Both the position numbers and the translations under genes were made by a program. Of a stretch of DNA of 64,000 nucleotides, positions 17,797-27,309 are shown piece by piece. How positions within the stretch are numbered: position 1 is the first letter of the stretch; each line of letters starts with the position of its first letter. The notes beneath the pieces are model-generated. The model had not been told where the DNA came from. It did not search any database and saw only the letters and a list, made by a program, of their open reading frames with translations. This DNA comes from a virus, in the IMG/VR virus record IMGVR_UViG_3300037247_001239, positions 10,579-74,578 of that record; one strand, written 5' to 3'.

Positions 17797-18518
17797 TATG
17801 CAAACCTCCCCAACATGCCGGCGAAGTCACCGAACTGTTGCTGTTGGCGTAGACCCTGCTGTTGGTTCATCATCTGCCAGAGTGCCGCCCAGCCCAGCCC
17901 GGCCTGCGACTGTGCCTGCTGGGCGCCCAGTTGCAACGGGGCCGCCTGTTGGTAATACTGCTCGGCCAACTGGCCCATCATCGGCTGGATGGCCTGGGCG
18001 AAGGCATCGCCACCTGCACCGCCACCGGCCCACTGTGGCGCCTGGGGCATCTGGGGAGCCGCTGCCGGGCCGCCGAACTGCGGTTGCGTGATCCCCGTGC
18101 TGATCTGCGGAGGCGCAGGGGCGGCCGCTGGAGGCGGCTGGGGTGCTGTGCCACCGCCTCCAGCGCCGGCGTAGCTCGGCAAAGTCCACGCACTTGCCCC
18201 GTAAGACCCCAGGGGATCGTACCCTGGCATCATGTTGAGCATCTGCTGAAGGTCCATGGCCTGGGGCAGAGGCGGGGGTTGCGGCGCCAGGACGGGGTTC
18301 TGCGATGCCCACCGCCCGGCCTCGGCCGAACTCTGTGCCATCTGGGTCGAAGTGGGGCCAGCGCCGCCCTGCGGGACGGTGCCTTGCGGCACACCGCCAA
18401 CTATGCCGCCGCCGATTGGCCTGGGGGCTATGCCCTGGACAGATTGCCAGTATTCCAGATTGCCCCCCCTGGGGGAGCCGCCAAAAGGATTCTGGTTCGA
18501 TTGAGCGAATTGAGGCAT
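17796..18518 (-). CDS. Gln/Gly/Ala-rich putative ejection protein
   Basis: TAATG coupling; position. Confidence 0.55.
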   Translation of the reverse strand: MPQFAQSNQNPFGGSPRGGNLEYWQSVQGIAPRPIGGGIVGGVPQGTVPQGGAGPTSTQMAQSSAEAGRWASQNPVLAPQPPPLPQAMDLQQMLNMMPGYDPLGSYGASAWTLPSYAGAGGGGTAPQPPPAAAPAPPQISTGITQPQFGGPAAAPQMPQAPQWAGGGAGGDAFAQAIQPMMGQLAEQYYQQAAPLQLGAQQAQSQAGLGWAALWQMMNQQQGLRQQQQFGDFAGMLGRFA

Positions 18519-18533
18519 GATGCCCTCCGTGTG

Positions 18534-19091
18534 TTAGCCGACCCCTGCGCCGTAGTTCGTGGTAAAGCCCGGTGCTTGCTGCGGCGGCTGCATCATGGGC
18601 TGAAGGGCCTGAAGCATGGCGTATAAGTTTGCAGATTTTGCTTCGTTCCCGAGTTGCATCAAATCGCGTGCCGACTGCGCACCGACGCCGGTCTGGTACA
18701 TGCTGGCCGCGGCCGGAAAATGTGCTCCCTGGATCTGCGCTGCGGCCGGGGCGTACGCCTGATACATACTCGCCTGAGATTGGGGTACCACCGCCTGGGC
18801 CGTTTGCGCGAGATCCCAGGGGTTCTGTTGGAGCTGGTTCAGAAATCCTAACTGTGCCCCGTACATACTGGCTTCCGCCCCTTGCCGCCCCTGCATACCG
18901 GCGGCCTGGACGTACGGCGTCTGTTGAGCGTACGGCGTCGGCGTCCAAGCGTTGGACTGCATAGCGGCAAGTACTTGCGGCCACTGCTGTCCGCCCTGTA
19001 TTTGCTGCCGCACTGCTCCCATCTGTGCATTGCGTGCCGCCCCACCGCCACCTGGACCAGCGCCACCAATGTTTACATTCGGATCTGCCAT
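18534..19091 (-). CDS. Gln/Ala-rich putative ejection protein
   Basis: GGAGGA RBS; position. Confidence 0.55.
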   Translation of the reverse strand: MADPNVNIGGAGPGGGGAARNAQMGAVRQQIQGGQQWPQVLAAMQSNAWTPTPYAQQTPYVQAAGMQGRQGAEASMYGAQLGFLNQLQQNPWDLAQTAQAVVPQSQASMYQAYAPAAAQIQGAHFPAAASMYQTGVGAQSARDLMQLGNEAKSANLYAMLQALQPMMQPPQQAPGFTTNYGAGVG

Positions 19092-19103
19092 CGTTCGTTC
19101 CTC

Positions 19104-20879
19104 CTAATCGTTATCAGGTCCCACCCGCTTTATCATCACCATCACGACGCCCGGACTGCGGAAGTCCTCTTCGGCGTGGACGAGTGCGGGGGTGGCGTGT
19201 GCGTGTCCGTCGTCCGTTAGCGAGTGGGTCAGTATCGGCGTGGTGTGCAGATGGGCCGACTCGACCACCGCGTGAGTCAGTATCGGCGTGGTATGGCTGT
19301 GCGAGGTCTCCAATATCTCGTGGATAAACGCTGGCGTGGTGTGGTGATGCAGTTGCACCGAGTGGGAAAGGATCACGCTGGTACTGGTGGCCCCTACATT
19401 AAACACGCCTTCACTGTATCCCGTTGCCGGACTAAAGCCCACTTTGTAGAACCACGTCACCTCTGAGGTGTCACCAGCGCTATCCGTCGCTGGCGAGCCG
19501 GCCGGACCACTGACCCCACCGATACCGCTGATAAAGTAACCATCGTCCGGGCCGCGGTGAGCGTGATCCAGGTGATCTTCTATAATCACGGCCGAACTAC
19601 TCACATCGGACGAAGCGTGATCCGAGATAATCAGGTTCGTGGTCTCAAGGGACACGGAGGTGGAGGCATGGTCCTGCACCGAGAGGTTCGTCTTGGTGGT
19701 GGTGACGTGCTCCGCATCGTGATCGTTGACCTCAATCCCGGTAGTGTTGACGGTTGTATCCTGGGGGGCGTGGGGCAGCGGGCGGATCGGGTGTCGGCCC
19801 AGCAACCCGCCGGGCGTGCCGTAATCGCCGCCAGCCGCGTAGCCGATCAGGTACCGTCCCGCCCCCTCCGTGCTGGAGGTTATCAGCGACCAGCCTCCGG
19901 GGATGCTCCCCACCCCGCCCAGCCACGGCTTGACCGAGCCGATCTTCTCGTCGTAGACGTTGGCCGTGATGACGACCCTGGAGCCCGCGTTCCAAGTGTA
20001 GCCGAAGACGGTATCCTTCTGGCCGTTGGGGTCGGTGCCCGGCCCGGAGGGCGCCAGCGCAGAGTAGGTTCGCGTGGTATCCACGCTGCCGTTGAGCATC
20101 GCGGTGGTGGGATTGAAGGCAATCCGTCCCATCACGTTGGTCTGCCCCGTCACCCACGTCCAGCCGGTGGTGATCTTGCCCGCCCCCAGTTTTAGCCCAT
20201 GGCCAGGCCCGCCCCCCCAGGGGAGGCCGTGCTGGTCCTGCATAAGCTGAAAGATGTAATCGCCCACCGCCGGCAGGTCCGACTCCTGCATGTAGAAGAC
20301 TCGGGTGGGGATGTCGGTCAGGTCCCGGCCCTTGGAGTCTCCGCAAACGGTGCCGTCGGCGTAGTAATGTTCCGGATCCACCCCCGCGGCCAACTCTCCG
20401 GCTCGAGTGTCGGTGAAGTTGCCCACCCCATCGACCCTGACCCATCGCCCAGCCCAGATCGGCCCGTCGAACCGCGAAACTCCTTGTTCGACGTGTAGCG
20501 CGTAGCCCTGTTCGCCCATTAGGTTGCCGGTCCCGTCGTCGGCGTTGGTCACCGACAACACGGCCCGGGTGATCGAGGGGTCGGCCATCGGCAACGTCGG
20601 ACGCAGCGCACTGCTGCCGGTGTGGGGCGAATAGCCCCGCGACTCTCGGGGCAGCCCGCCGATCAGCCGCAGGCTACCCCGGTGGGTCATAAAGGCATTG
20701 GGCTGCGCGAGGGCCTGGGCCGCATTGGCCCCCGCCAGGTTTCCGCCGGTGGGGGTACTGGGAACCCAGGAATGCTCCCGATCGCCGGTCGGCACATCGG
20801 AGGCGCGGAAATCGGGCTGCCCCTGCTGCTGTTGCAGGGCTGCGAGAAATCGGCTGTATCCACCCTCTAGGAGACTCAT
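19104..20879 (-). CDS. tail fibre/spike-like protein with His-rich C-terminal repeats
   Basis: Repeated HxH units (SHSHTTPILTH, AHLHTTPILTH, GHAHATP). Confidence 0.55.
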   Translation of the reverse strand: MSLLEGGYSRFLAALQQQQGQPDFRASDVPTGDREHSWVPSTPTGGNLAGANAAQALAQPNAFMTHRGSLRLIGGLPRESRGYSPHTGSSALRPTLPMADPSITRAVLSVTNADDGTGNLMGEQGYALHVEQGVSRFDGPIWAGRWVRVDGVGNFTDTRAGELAAGVDPEHYYADGTVCGDSKGRDLTDIPTRVFYMQESDLPAVGDYIFQLMQDQHGLPWGGGPGHGLKLGAGKITTGWTWVTGQTNVMGRIAFNPTTAMLNGSVDTTRTYSALAPSGPGTDPNGQKDTVFGYTWNAGSRVVITANVYDEKIGSVKPWLGGVGSIPGGWSLITSSTEGAGRYLIGYAAGGDYGTPGGLLGRHPIRPLPHAPQDTTVNTTGIEVNDHDAEHVTTTKTNLSVQDHASTSVSLETTNLIISDHASSDVSSSAVIIEDHLDHAHRGPDDGYFISGIGGVSGPAGSPATDSAGDTSEVTWFYKVGFSPATGYSEGVFNVGATSTSVILSHSVQLHHHTTPAFIHEILETSHSHTTPILTHAVVESAHLHTTPILTHSLTDDGHAHATPALVHAEEDFRSPGVVMVMIKRVGPDND

Positions 20880-22960
20880 TAACGCTCTACTCCGTCAATA
20901 CGCAGTTCGTAAAACTCCGCCCGCTGTTCGCCCGAAACGCCCTTTAGTTCGACCTCGATACTGCGTTGCGCTGGCCCACTAGGATCGAACCCGTCGTCAA
21001 ACCGGGTTTGCAACACACCCTCGTCGCGTTCTAAATTAAACTGCATGTTCCCCGAGCCGGCCTTCACCTCCATCCCCACGTTGTCGCTGTAGGCTATGTG
21101 GGCCGTCTCCACCACGGTGCTGTGGTTGAAATACTTCCGCACGTTCACCTTGCCGGTTCTGGACAGCGGCTTGAACCGCAGCAGTATCCGGCGAGTCTGC
21201 TGCACTTCTTCCTCTGGCAGGCTGAACGCGCCCCACTTGGCCTCGTATTGAATGCCGCCAATCTGGAACCTGTTGCCCACCGCCGGCGTGGTGCCGAACG
21301 CATTCTGCACCGTGATGGTGGTGCTGGTGGCGTTGATCGAGGCAATTCGCCGAGCCTGGTAGTCGCCATCGGCGTCCAGCACGTACAGTGGCGCCCCCAC
21401 GCTTTGCGGCGAGGCGTGCCATTTGCTGAAATCCAGGTCGGCCGCACTGGCGGTGATGGTAGTGGTGTCCGCGGCCGTCACCGTGCCCCGTGTGGTCTGC
21501 GAGACGGACAACAGCGTCTTGTCGTGCGCCCCCAGTCCCGGCGACGGCCCGTCCAGCACGCCTTCGGAGATCACGGCCACCGAGTTCTCCATTGCCACCA
21601 ACGCCCGGTCTTGCCCGTCGATCGGCACCAGGGCCGACGCGCCCAGCTTGTAGGGATACCGCTCGTGGTGCCACTGGCCGAGCTGGTAGTCGAACGCAAA
21701 CACGTCCTGGGGCCACCAGTCCTCGTCCACCGCTACGATGCAGCGGATGGTGTGCTCCTCCGGTGAGTGTTCCAGGTGGAACCACCGTGATGCCGACCAG
21801 TTGACCCGTTCCCGCCACCAGTCCTCGATCGCCGAGGAGACCGACACGGGCTCGCTGCCGTCAAACAGGTAGCAGCCCTGTTGGTCCAGGATGAACGCCG
21901 CCCCCTGCACCTTGGCAAAGCACCGCTGATTCAAACACCCCCGCTTGGCCGCCAGCATGGCGATCGCGTCCCGCCGTGGGTCGCCAGCGGTGGATACCTG
22001 ATAGATGTGCCGCTGCTTCAGCAGGAACAGATAGGGGCCCAGCGCCAATTCGCCGGTCAATCGGTCGCCGTCCTCTTGCAATGTCAGTGCGTTGGTCGTA
22101 GGGCAACTCTCCGGCTCATCGGCCTCGGAGAACTGCACAGTGTTCTGTTTGGCCGCGCTGGTGCTGATCGAATACCAGTTGCCCACGCTACCGAACCCGA
22201 CCGCGGGCTTGGCGGTCAGGGTCAGCGACGTGTTGCTGTCAACCGAGCTGATCTTGGTGCCCTTCAGCCCGGAGGCGAACAACGTCCGTCCGACCATCTG
22301 CTGGGTCAGCCGGGCCCCGGTGATCCTGACGTAGGTGGTGGTGGTCGAAGCGGTGCAGTCGCCTACATCGTAGTCCACCGGTACGCCCCACCAGGAGCGG
22401 TTCTGGTAGCTCTCCACCACGCTGGCCCAGTCGGGCGGCTGGGTGAACCGCATGGCATTGGGCCAACCCTCGGGGGTCAGGTAGCGGATGGCCTGCTGGT
22501 TTACGAGCGTGCCGTCCGTGCGAACGCTGGTAGCAACGGCACCCGCATCGGCCACGTCCCGGTAGTAGGTGATGAATTGGCCTCGGGTATTGCGCCATAC
22601 CTCTGTTTTTGTAGCCCTCCCGCCCGGCTGGGGCACGTTGGTGTAGCGAAAGCCCGTCGTCTTGGTCCCGGTGGTGAGAGTCAGGCTGGTCAAGGCCGAG
22701 AAGTTGCCCGGAATCCCGGCATCGTCCACGTAGCGGCAGTAGACTTTGTAGGCCCCCCAGATCGTACCAGCGGTAGTGAGGGCGGCCACGGTGCAGACGG
22801 TCGACGGCGAGGTCACGCCGGCATCTTCGGCCAGGGCAGTCTGGCCGTCCCATCGCTGGGGCTTGTCCAGACCGTTGGCGAGGTATGCCGCCCCGTCAGA
22901 AGCCACCGCCATCGAAACGGCGTGCAGCCGGCTCATTCCTGTCTTGATTGTTGCCACCAC
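20879..22960 (-). CDS. tail nozzle / DNA-stabilisation protein (T7 gp12 / P22 gp10-like), main body
   Basis: YLANG.DKPQRWDG, FSEADEPES, LFLLKQRHIY, GCLNQ beta-propeller pattern. Confidence 0.7.
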   Translation of the reverse strand: MVATIKTGMSRLHAVSMAVASDGAAYLANGLDKPQRWDGQTALAEDAGVTSPSTVCTVAALTTAGTIWGAYKVYCRYVDDAGIPGNFSALTSLTLTTGTKTTGFRYTNVPQPGGRATKTEVWRNTRGQFITYYRDVADAGAVATSVRTDGTLVNQQAIRYLTPEGWPNAMRFTQPPDWASVVESYQNRSWWGVPVDYDVGDCTASTTTTYVRITGARLTQQMVGRTLFASGLKGTKISSVDSNTSLTLTAKPAVGFGSVGNWYSISTSAAKQNTVQFSEADEPESCPTTNALTLQEDGDRLTGELALGPYLFLLKQRHIYQVSTAGDPRRDAIAMLAAKRGCLNQRCFAKVQGAAFILDQQGCYLFDGSEPVSVSSAIEDWWRERVNWSASRWFHLEHSPEEHTIRCIVAVDEDWWPQDVFAFDYQLGQWHHERYPYKLGASALVPIDGQDRALVAMENSVAVISEGVLDGPSPGLGAHDKTLLSVSQTTRGTVTAADTTTITASAADLDFSKWHASPQSVGAPLYVLDADGDYQARRIASINATSTTITVQNAFGTTPAVGNRFQIGGIQYEAKWGAFSLPEEEVQQTRRILLRFKPLSRTGKVNVRKYFNHSTVVETAHIAYSDNVGMEVKAGSGNMQFNLERDEGVLQTRFDDGFDPSGPAQRSIEVELKGVSGEQRAEFYELRIDGVER

Positions 22961-22966
22961 GGTCCC

Positions 22967-23434
22967 CTACGAGGGATTCTGCCGAGCTACTAACTCCCCT
23001 GATATCGTTTGCGCTATCACATGCCGGGCGTCTGGCCTGGGAAAGTAGTGCATCGCCACGATTCGCCCGTCGCCGTTCGCACTGGGCGAATAGCTGGCAG
23101 GCGTGGCGTAGAAATGCGTGATCCCGTAGGCCGTTACGCCCCCTAGTTTCCAGGCGAACACTCCGACGTGATCGCCGGGGACGGTTGGCGTGTAGCTGGT
23201 GCTGGCACTCACCCAACTGTGGATGGTGCCCGAAATGGCGGCGTTGGAGGTGTTCAGTATTCGCGTCACACCGGTGGGGGTGTAACGCCAGAGACTTACC
23301 TTGCACTGGCCTTCACTCAGTGCAGGGGCGGCGTAGCCGTAGAGCGTCGGGGCGACGGCCAACGGCGGCGCATACTCGAACTTGACCGTCATGGCGGTGC
23401 TGGTAACGTATTCGCCTTGATGTTGAGTGCTCAT
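22967..23434 (-). CDS. hypothetical, possibly virion protein
   Basis: 155-aa ORF in tail operon. Confidence 0.55.
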   Translation of the reverse strand: MSTQHQGEYVTSTAMTVKFEYAPPLAVAPTLYGYAAPALSEGQCKVSLWRYTPTGVTRILNTSNAAISGTIHSWVSASTSYTPTVPGDHVGVFAWKLGGVTAYGITHFYATPASYSPSANGDGRIVAMHYFPRPDARHVIAQTISGELVARQNPS

Positions 23435-23448
23435 TCTTGTCGCTCAAC

Positions 23449-24453
23449 TCAACTTATCTTTGTCGCAGTAATCGGTCGTCGGACCGCGGCCGGCATTATG
23501 CCGCTTTTCATTGCGGCGAGTAGGCCGGCCGCTTCGAGATAGTTCTCCACCACGATAACTTCCGGCGGTATTACATCGTGGCAGTACGTCGCATTTTCGC
23601 GTACGGCGATCACCGGGATACCGGCCTGAAGGCACGCACGGTGGGGCCTGCCAATGCAACCGAACGGAGACACCAAACATGCTACTTCCGCCACGGAGAA
23701 CCCGGAATGCGGATCGAGTCGGGGCGCACGATGGAGTCCCTTTAGTACGCAGTACAGATAGCACGTCGATACGCATTCAGCGCCCATCCGCGGGTCGACT
23801 ACTTTGTCCCAAACAGGTAGTCGCTGATCGTCAACCGGAGCATGTGCCACGGGTTTGTCGAGCGCCTCGGAAATCAACCGCGAGCAAATCGCTTCGACGC
23901 CGCCCCAGGGATTCAGCCCACCGCTCCGAAGGTAATGCTGCTCAACACTCCGCTCCACGTCGATTGGCGTCGCAATGGCCAGGGCGTCGAATCGTCGGGA
24001 TTTGACCTGCGCCACGAGTGCCTCCCATCCGTGAACTTCCCCGCTGGCCACCGTCCCCAGGCGAGCAATCATTTTCAGTGGGGTCTCCAATTCCACGATT
24101 TCGGCATCAAGGCCCAAGGTTGTCCGGGCCGCCGACACTGCATTGACCGTCTCCGGCTTGACCGGAGCATTCACTGCCACCAAAACCCGGTTTGCCGACA
24201 CCGGCCGCAGGCGGAGTTGTCCTTCGAGAAAACGATCCAAGGTCGACCCCTCGACATACCAGGAGTTCTCCGGCATCTCGTTGATGTCCGAGGCGTTGAC
24301 GACGTTCGGGTGCAGAATCAACAGGTCGCAGACGGAAGCCAGGAGCCTCGCAACGGGGGTTGCGTCGCCAGCATGTCCGCCGATCTCCGCGCCGATGCCG
24401 GTGGGGACGATCAGGACCACATTGAACTCAGAGCCTGTCGATGAATAGCTCAT
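23449..24453 (-). CDS. DUF3326-family protein
   Basis: IVPTGIGAEIGGHAGDA, HPNVVNAS, YVEGSTLDRF, NPWGGVEA, AHAP, ENYLEAAG. Confidence 0.8.
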   Translation of the reverse strand: MSYSSTGSEFNVVLIVPTGIGAEIGGHAGDATPVARLLASVCDLLILHPNVVNASDINEMPENSWYVEGSTLDRFLEGQLRLRPVSANRVLVAVNAPVKPETVNAVSAARTTLGLDAEIVELETPLKMIARLGTVASGEVHGWEALVAQVKSRRFDALAIATPIDVERSVEQHYLRSGGLNPWGGVEAICSRLISEALDKPVAHAPVDDQRLPVWDKVVDPRMGAECVSTCYLYCVLKGLHRAPRLDPHSGFSVAEVACLVSPFGCIGRPHRACLQAGIPVIAVRENATYCHDVIPPEVIVVENYLEAAGLLAAMKSGIMPAAVRRPITATKIS

Positions 24454-24793
24454 TCACTACATCCCCTCGGAACCACTGGGTGGTAAGTTCCCTGACGACA
24501 ACCGGATCAAATGGTTTACAGGAAAACACGTTGACGCGAACCGCTCGCTGGAGGTCGAGCGCATGGATGGTGATGTTGCTTGTGCGAATGAACTGGACAG
24601 CGGTCGTGCCCTTGATGTGCGGTTCAGTTTCTCGCCACCAGGGCAGTGTCCAGTAATCATCCCACCATCGCAACGGCCCTCGGACCATCTCGATGCGTCG
24701 GCACAATTCTTTGCAGTACCGCCGGATACTCCGTCGCGTAAACGTGGAGGCTTCACAGTTGTGCAGATCAAGTATCAGTTCCTTCCCATACAC
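24428..24793 (-). CDS. speD: S-adenosylmethionine decarboxylase-family proenzyme
   Basis: GKELILDL..C, GTTAVQFIRTSNITIH, NVFSCKPFD. Confidence 0.85.
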   Translation of the reverse strand: MYGKELILDLHNCEASTFTRRSIRRYCKELCRRIEMVRGPLRWWDDYWTLPWWRETEPHIKGTTAVQFIRTSNITIHALDLQRAVRVNVFSCKPFDPVVVRELTTQWFRGDVVNELFIDRL

Positions 24794-24990
24794 TTCGCAC
24801 CCAGGGTAAACCTTTCCGTAGTTTGTGGTTCACACGCAATCGGTGGCCCGTGACCGTCAATCGGTGGCCCGTGATCGTACCCCGCAAGCTCAAAGCCGCG
24901 GACTGCATTCCATAAGCACCGCAGTCCAACGCGAACCCCTTGATAGCGATAGCGAAACCTACCGCAACCAACAAATATCGGACCTGGCAT
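24775..24990 (-). CDS. small hypothetical protein with 21-bp in-frame tandem duplication
   Basis: AAGGAG RBS; repeat at 24837-24857 / 24858-24878. Confidence 0.45.
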   Translation of the reverse strand: MPGPIFVGCGRFRYRYQGVRVGLRCLWNAVRGFELAGYDHGPPIDGHGPPIACEPQTTERFTLGAKCMGRN

Positions 24991-25000
24991 AGCTTTCTCC

Positions 25001-25381
25001 TTAACTACGTTCGGTAATTCTGGGCCTCCCCTTCGGGACCCGCAACAACTTATTTCTACCCAGGGTGTCATGCAGCAATCGGCATAACTCCGTGAGTATG
25101 GGTTCTTTCTCTTCCTCAGTTTTGCTGCCAAACACTTCTCTTGCCAGCATGGGAGCCGCTTCGAAGATGCCATGCAATAATTCGTGCAGGATGGTTTCCA
25201 GGATGTCATCGCTGCCGCGCTTGCGTACCTGCTTCCCAACTAAAATCCGAATCGCGCGTGGGCAATAGACGATCTGCCCCTGTGCGCACTCGGCAACATC
25301 GCGGTCAACCTCCTGATCAAGCGCCACGTACTCCACCGGGTATTCTATTCCCGCAATGTTCAGCTTGTCTGGCCATCCCAT
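25001..25381 (-). CDS. HExxH metallopeptidase-like phage protein
   Basis: LETILHELLHGIF. Confidence 0.7.
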   Translation of the reverse strand: MGWPDKLNIAGIEYPVEYVALDQEVDRDVAECAQGQIVYCPRAIRILVGKQVRKRGSDDILETILHELLHGIFEAAPMLAREVFGSKTEEEKEPILTELCRLLHDTLGRNKLLRVPKGRPRITERS

Positions 25382-25382
25382 T

Positions 25383-25556
25383 TCACGCCTCGAACTTCAC
25401 CGGTCTGATCCCCGCCCGAACTTCGAGCACCCCGGGCGTACGGCAGCGCAGGTTTTTCATCACCCGCGCATCGCCCGGCTTGCCGACCAACGGGCCCCGG
25501 TTGCTGACCAAGCCCGTGAAGTCGCGGATCGCAATCGTGTTGCGGGGACGTTCCAT
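25383..25556 (-). CDS. 57-aa protein resembling the N-terminal segment of tail nozzle proteins
   Basis: IRDFTGL..N....PG..KN....G.LEVRAG; TAATG coupling. Confidence 0.55.
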   Translation of the reverse strand: MERPRNTIAIRDFTGLVSNRGPLVGKPGDARVMKNLRCRTPGVLEVRAGIRPVKFEA

Positions 25557-25825
25557 TAGGAAGCCATGTGGCTCTTTGCTTGCAGGCTTGTGATAACCGC
25601 TGCGACTCTTGACTTCAGCCACGTCGTCGTGGCGGTAGTGCTGGTTGCCGTTACCACGGCGCAGGTCGGCATACTCGTCTTGGCGGTGTTCAACACCACT
25701 GCCGCCGAGGCAGAGAAACTGGTCTTCAGCGTGTTGGCGTCAATCGCCGTGGCCACGGCCGCCCCTGTACCATGCGCCGCGCAGGCGTAGCTCAGGGCCC
25801 GTTTTACTTGGTCACTTAGTGCCAT
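25556..25825 (-). CDS. small Ala/Thr-rich virion-associated protein
   Basis: AAGGAG RBS; position. Confidence 0.6.
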   Translation of the reverse strand: MALSDQVKRALSYACAAHGTGAAVATAIDANTLKTSFSASAAVVLNTAKTSMPTCAVVTATSTTATTTWLKSRVAAVITSLQAKSHMAS

Positions 25826-25836
25826 CGAATTCTCCT

Positions 25837-26991
25837 TTAGGTTAAGTCCGTCCCAATCGGTGCGGTGAGCCGGCGTCTTATCCGCCGGCCCCCGCCCATT
25901 ACTTGCGGCTGGCGGGTTCGCTGGTCGTTCTGTCTGCCTCGCCGCAGCTCCTCCTCGTAGAGCGCCACGTACTCGACCTTGTTCTTGAGGTTCCGCTGCA
26001 CGGCCAGCCGCTTGCGAATACAGGCCAGCATCGCGTTGGCCAGCGAGAGGTTGATGTCCACCGGGTCGGTAACAACGTACTTCACGTTGTTGCGAGCGGT
26101 GGTGGTGCCGTCCAAGGTCAGCGCGGTGGCGCTGGTGTAGGTGGCAATGATCCGCTCATCGCTGTAAGGGTAGAGCCCGTCCAGGCCGGTGGGGGTGTTG
26201 GTCCCGTCCGTGCCGATCCGCAACACCGAGCCGGCCATCTTGCTGTCGAACGTGGTACTGCTGCCGGTCACCACCCCGGCGGCCGTGACACTGATCGTGC
26301 CCACGGTCTCGGCGACGTCGTGGCCCGTGTACCTCAACTGCCGGCCCCGCCGCTGGTAGATGTAGTCCACCGTCTTGGCCGCGTCGGCGGCCGGGTGGAG
26401 GTAGAGCCCGTAGCTGCCGTGCAGATCCTCCACCTCCCGCACACAGAACGCCCGCATGGCACCGGCCGTGCTGCGGTAGCGGTCCAGGGCCATCATCTCA
26501 TCGTAGCTGACCTCCTCGACTCCCCACCACTCTGACTCCGGCTGGGGCTGTATCATGTTCAGGAAGTCGTGCTCCAACGTGTAACAGGTGGGGTATACCT
26601 GGTAGGACGTGCCCGAGGCCACCGCTTGGCCGGGGTTCATCGTGCTGTCCAGCACCAGGCTGGTGTTGTTGGTCCGCGTCTGGACCCGGTGGGTCGCATC
26701 GCCGATCCTCACGGTGGCGTCGGCCGCCCAACTCGGCCAAGAGCCAGTGGCCAGGGTCAGGACCCGGCTGGTGTTGTTGTAGCCTACCGTCCCGGTGGAA
26801 TAGGTGGCCTTCAACTGCACCCGCCCGTGCCGGTGCAGCCAGCTCCAACCGAACGCCTCGCCCAGTTCGCGGTACGCCTCGTGGATCACACGGCGCACGT
26901 CCCGCATGGCGCTAATCACATTGGCGCCGCCCAGGAAATCCTGCGCAGAGGCCACGCAATCGTAGTATGTGAACAGTTGAGGTTGACTCAC
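25837..26991 (-). CDS. head-tail adaptor / tail tubular protein A-like
   Basis: IHEAYREL..WSWL, LYLHP, helical C-terminus; downstream of portal. Confidence 0.7.
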   Translation of the reverse strand: MSQPQLFTYYDCVASAQDFLGGANVISAMRDVRRVIHEAYRELGEAFGWSWLHRHGRVQLKATYSTGTVGYNNTSRVLTLATGSWPSWAADATVRIGDATHRVQTRTNNTSLVLDSTMNPGQAVASGTSYQVYPTCYTLEHDFLNMIQPQPESEWWGVEEVSYDEMMALDRYRSTAGAMRAFCVREVEDLHGSYGLYLHPAADAAKTVDYIYQRRGRQLRYTGHDVAETVGTISVTAAGVVTGSSTTFDSKMAGSVLRIGTDGTNTPTGLDGLYPYSDERIIATYTSATALTLDGTTTARNNVKYVVTDPVDINLSLANAMLACIRKRLAVQRNLKNKVEYVALYEEELRRGRQNDQRTRQPQVMGGGRRIRRRLTAPIGTDLT

Positions 26992-27296
26992 GCCTTGTGC
27001 CCCTGGAAGTCAAGGTTCAGCACGGCATCGGTACTGGCCTCACGGATCACCCGGATGTCCGCCACTGGACCCGCCGGGTACTCCACGTCGCCCGACGACA
27101 TAAGGTTTCCCGTATTAGCCATAGGAGAGGTGTTGTGCCGGTAGCGAATGCCGGCCCCCGTGGGCTGCATCCGCACCGTGACCGCCTCGGCCGGGACGGT
27201 GACCAAGTCACTCAAGAGCCGGGCCGTGCTGGTGACCGCCATCTGCTGGTACAGCAGATGCTGGTACGAACTGCCAATCGCAAATTGATATCCCAC
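26988..27296 (-). CDS. small virion protein
   Basis: Beta-rich, IRYR..P..G pattern. Confidence 0.55.
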   Translation of the reverse strand: MGYQFAIGSSYQHLLYQQMAVTSTARLLSDLVTVPAEAVTVRMQPTGAGIRYRHNTSPMANTGNLMSSGDVEYPAGPVADIRVIREASTDAVLNLDFQGHKA

Positions 27297-27309
27297 TGTG
27301 GTTTCCCTT

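Noticed and set aside
19226-19295. Repeated GTCAGTATCGGCGTGGT
   Set aside because: Explained by the HTTPILTH protein repeat in the fibre-like gene.
24837-24878. 21-bp tandem repeat as a regulatory site
   Set aside because: An in-frame duplication inside a small ORF is the simpler explanation.
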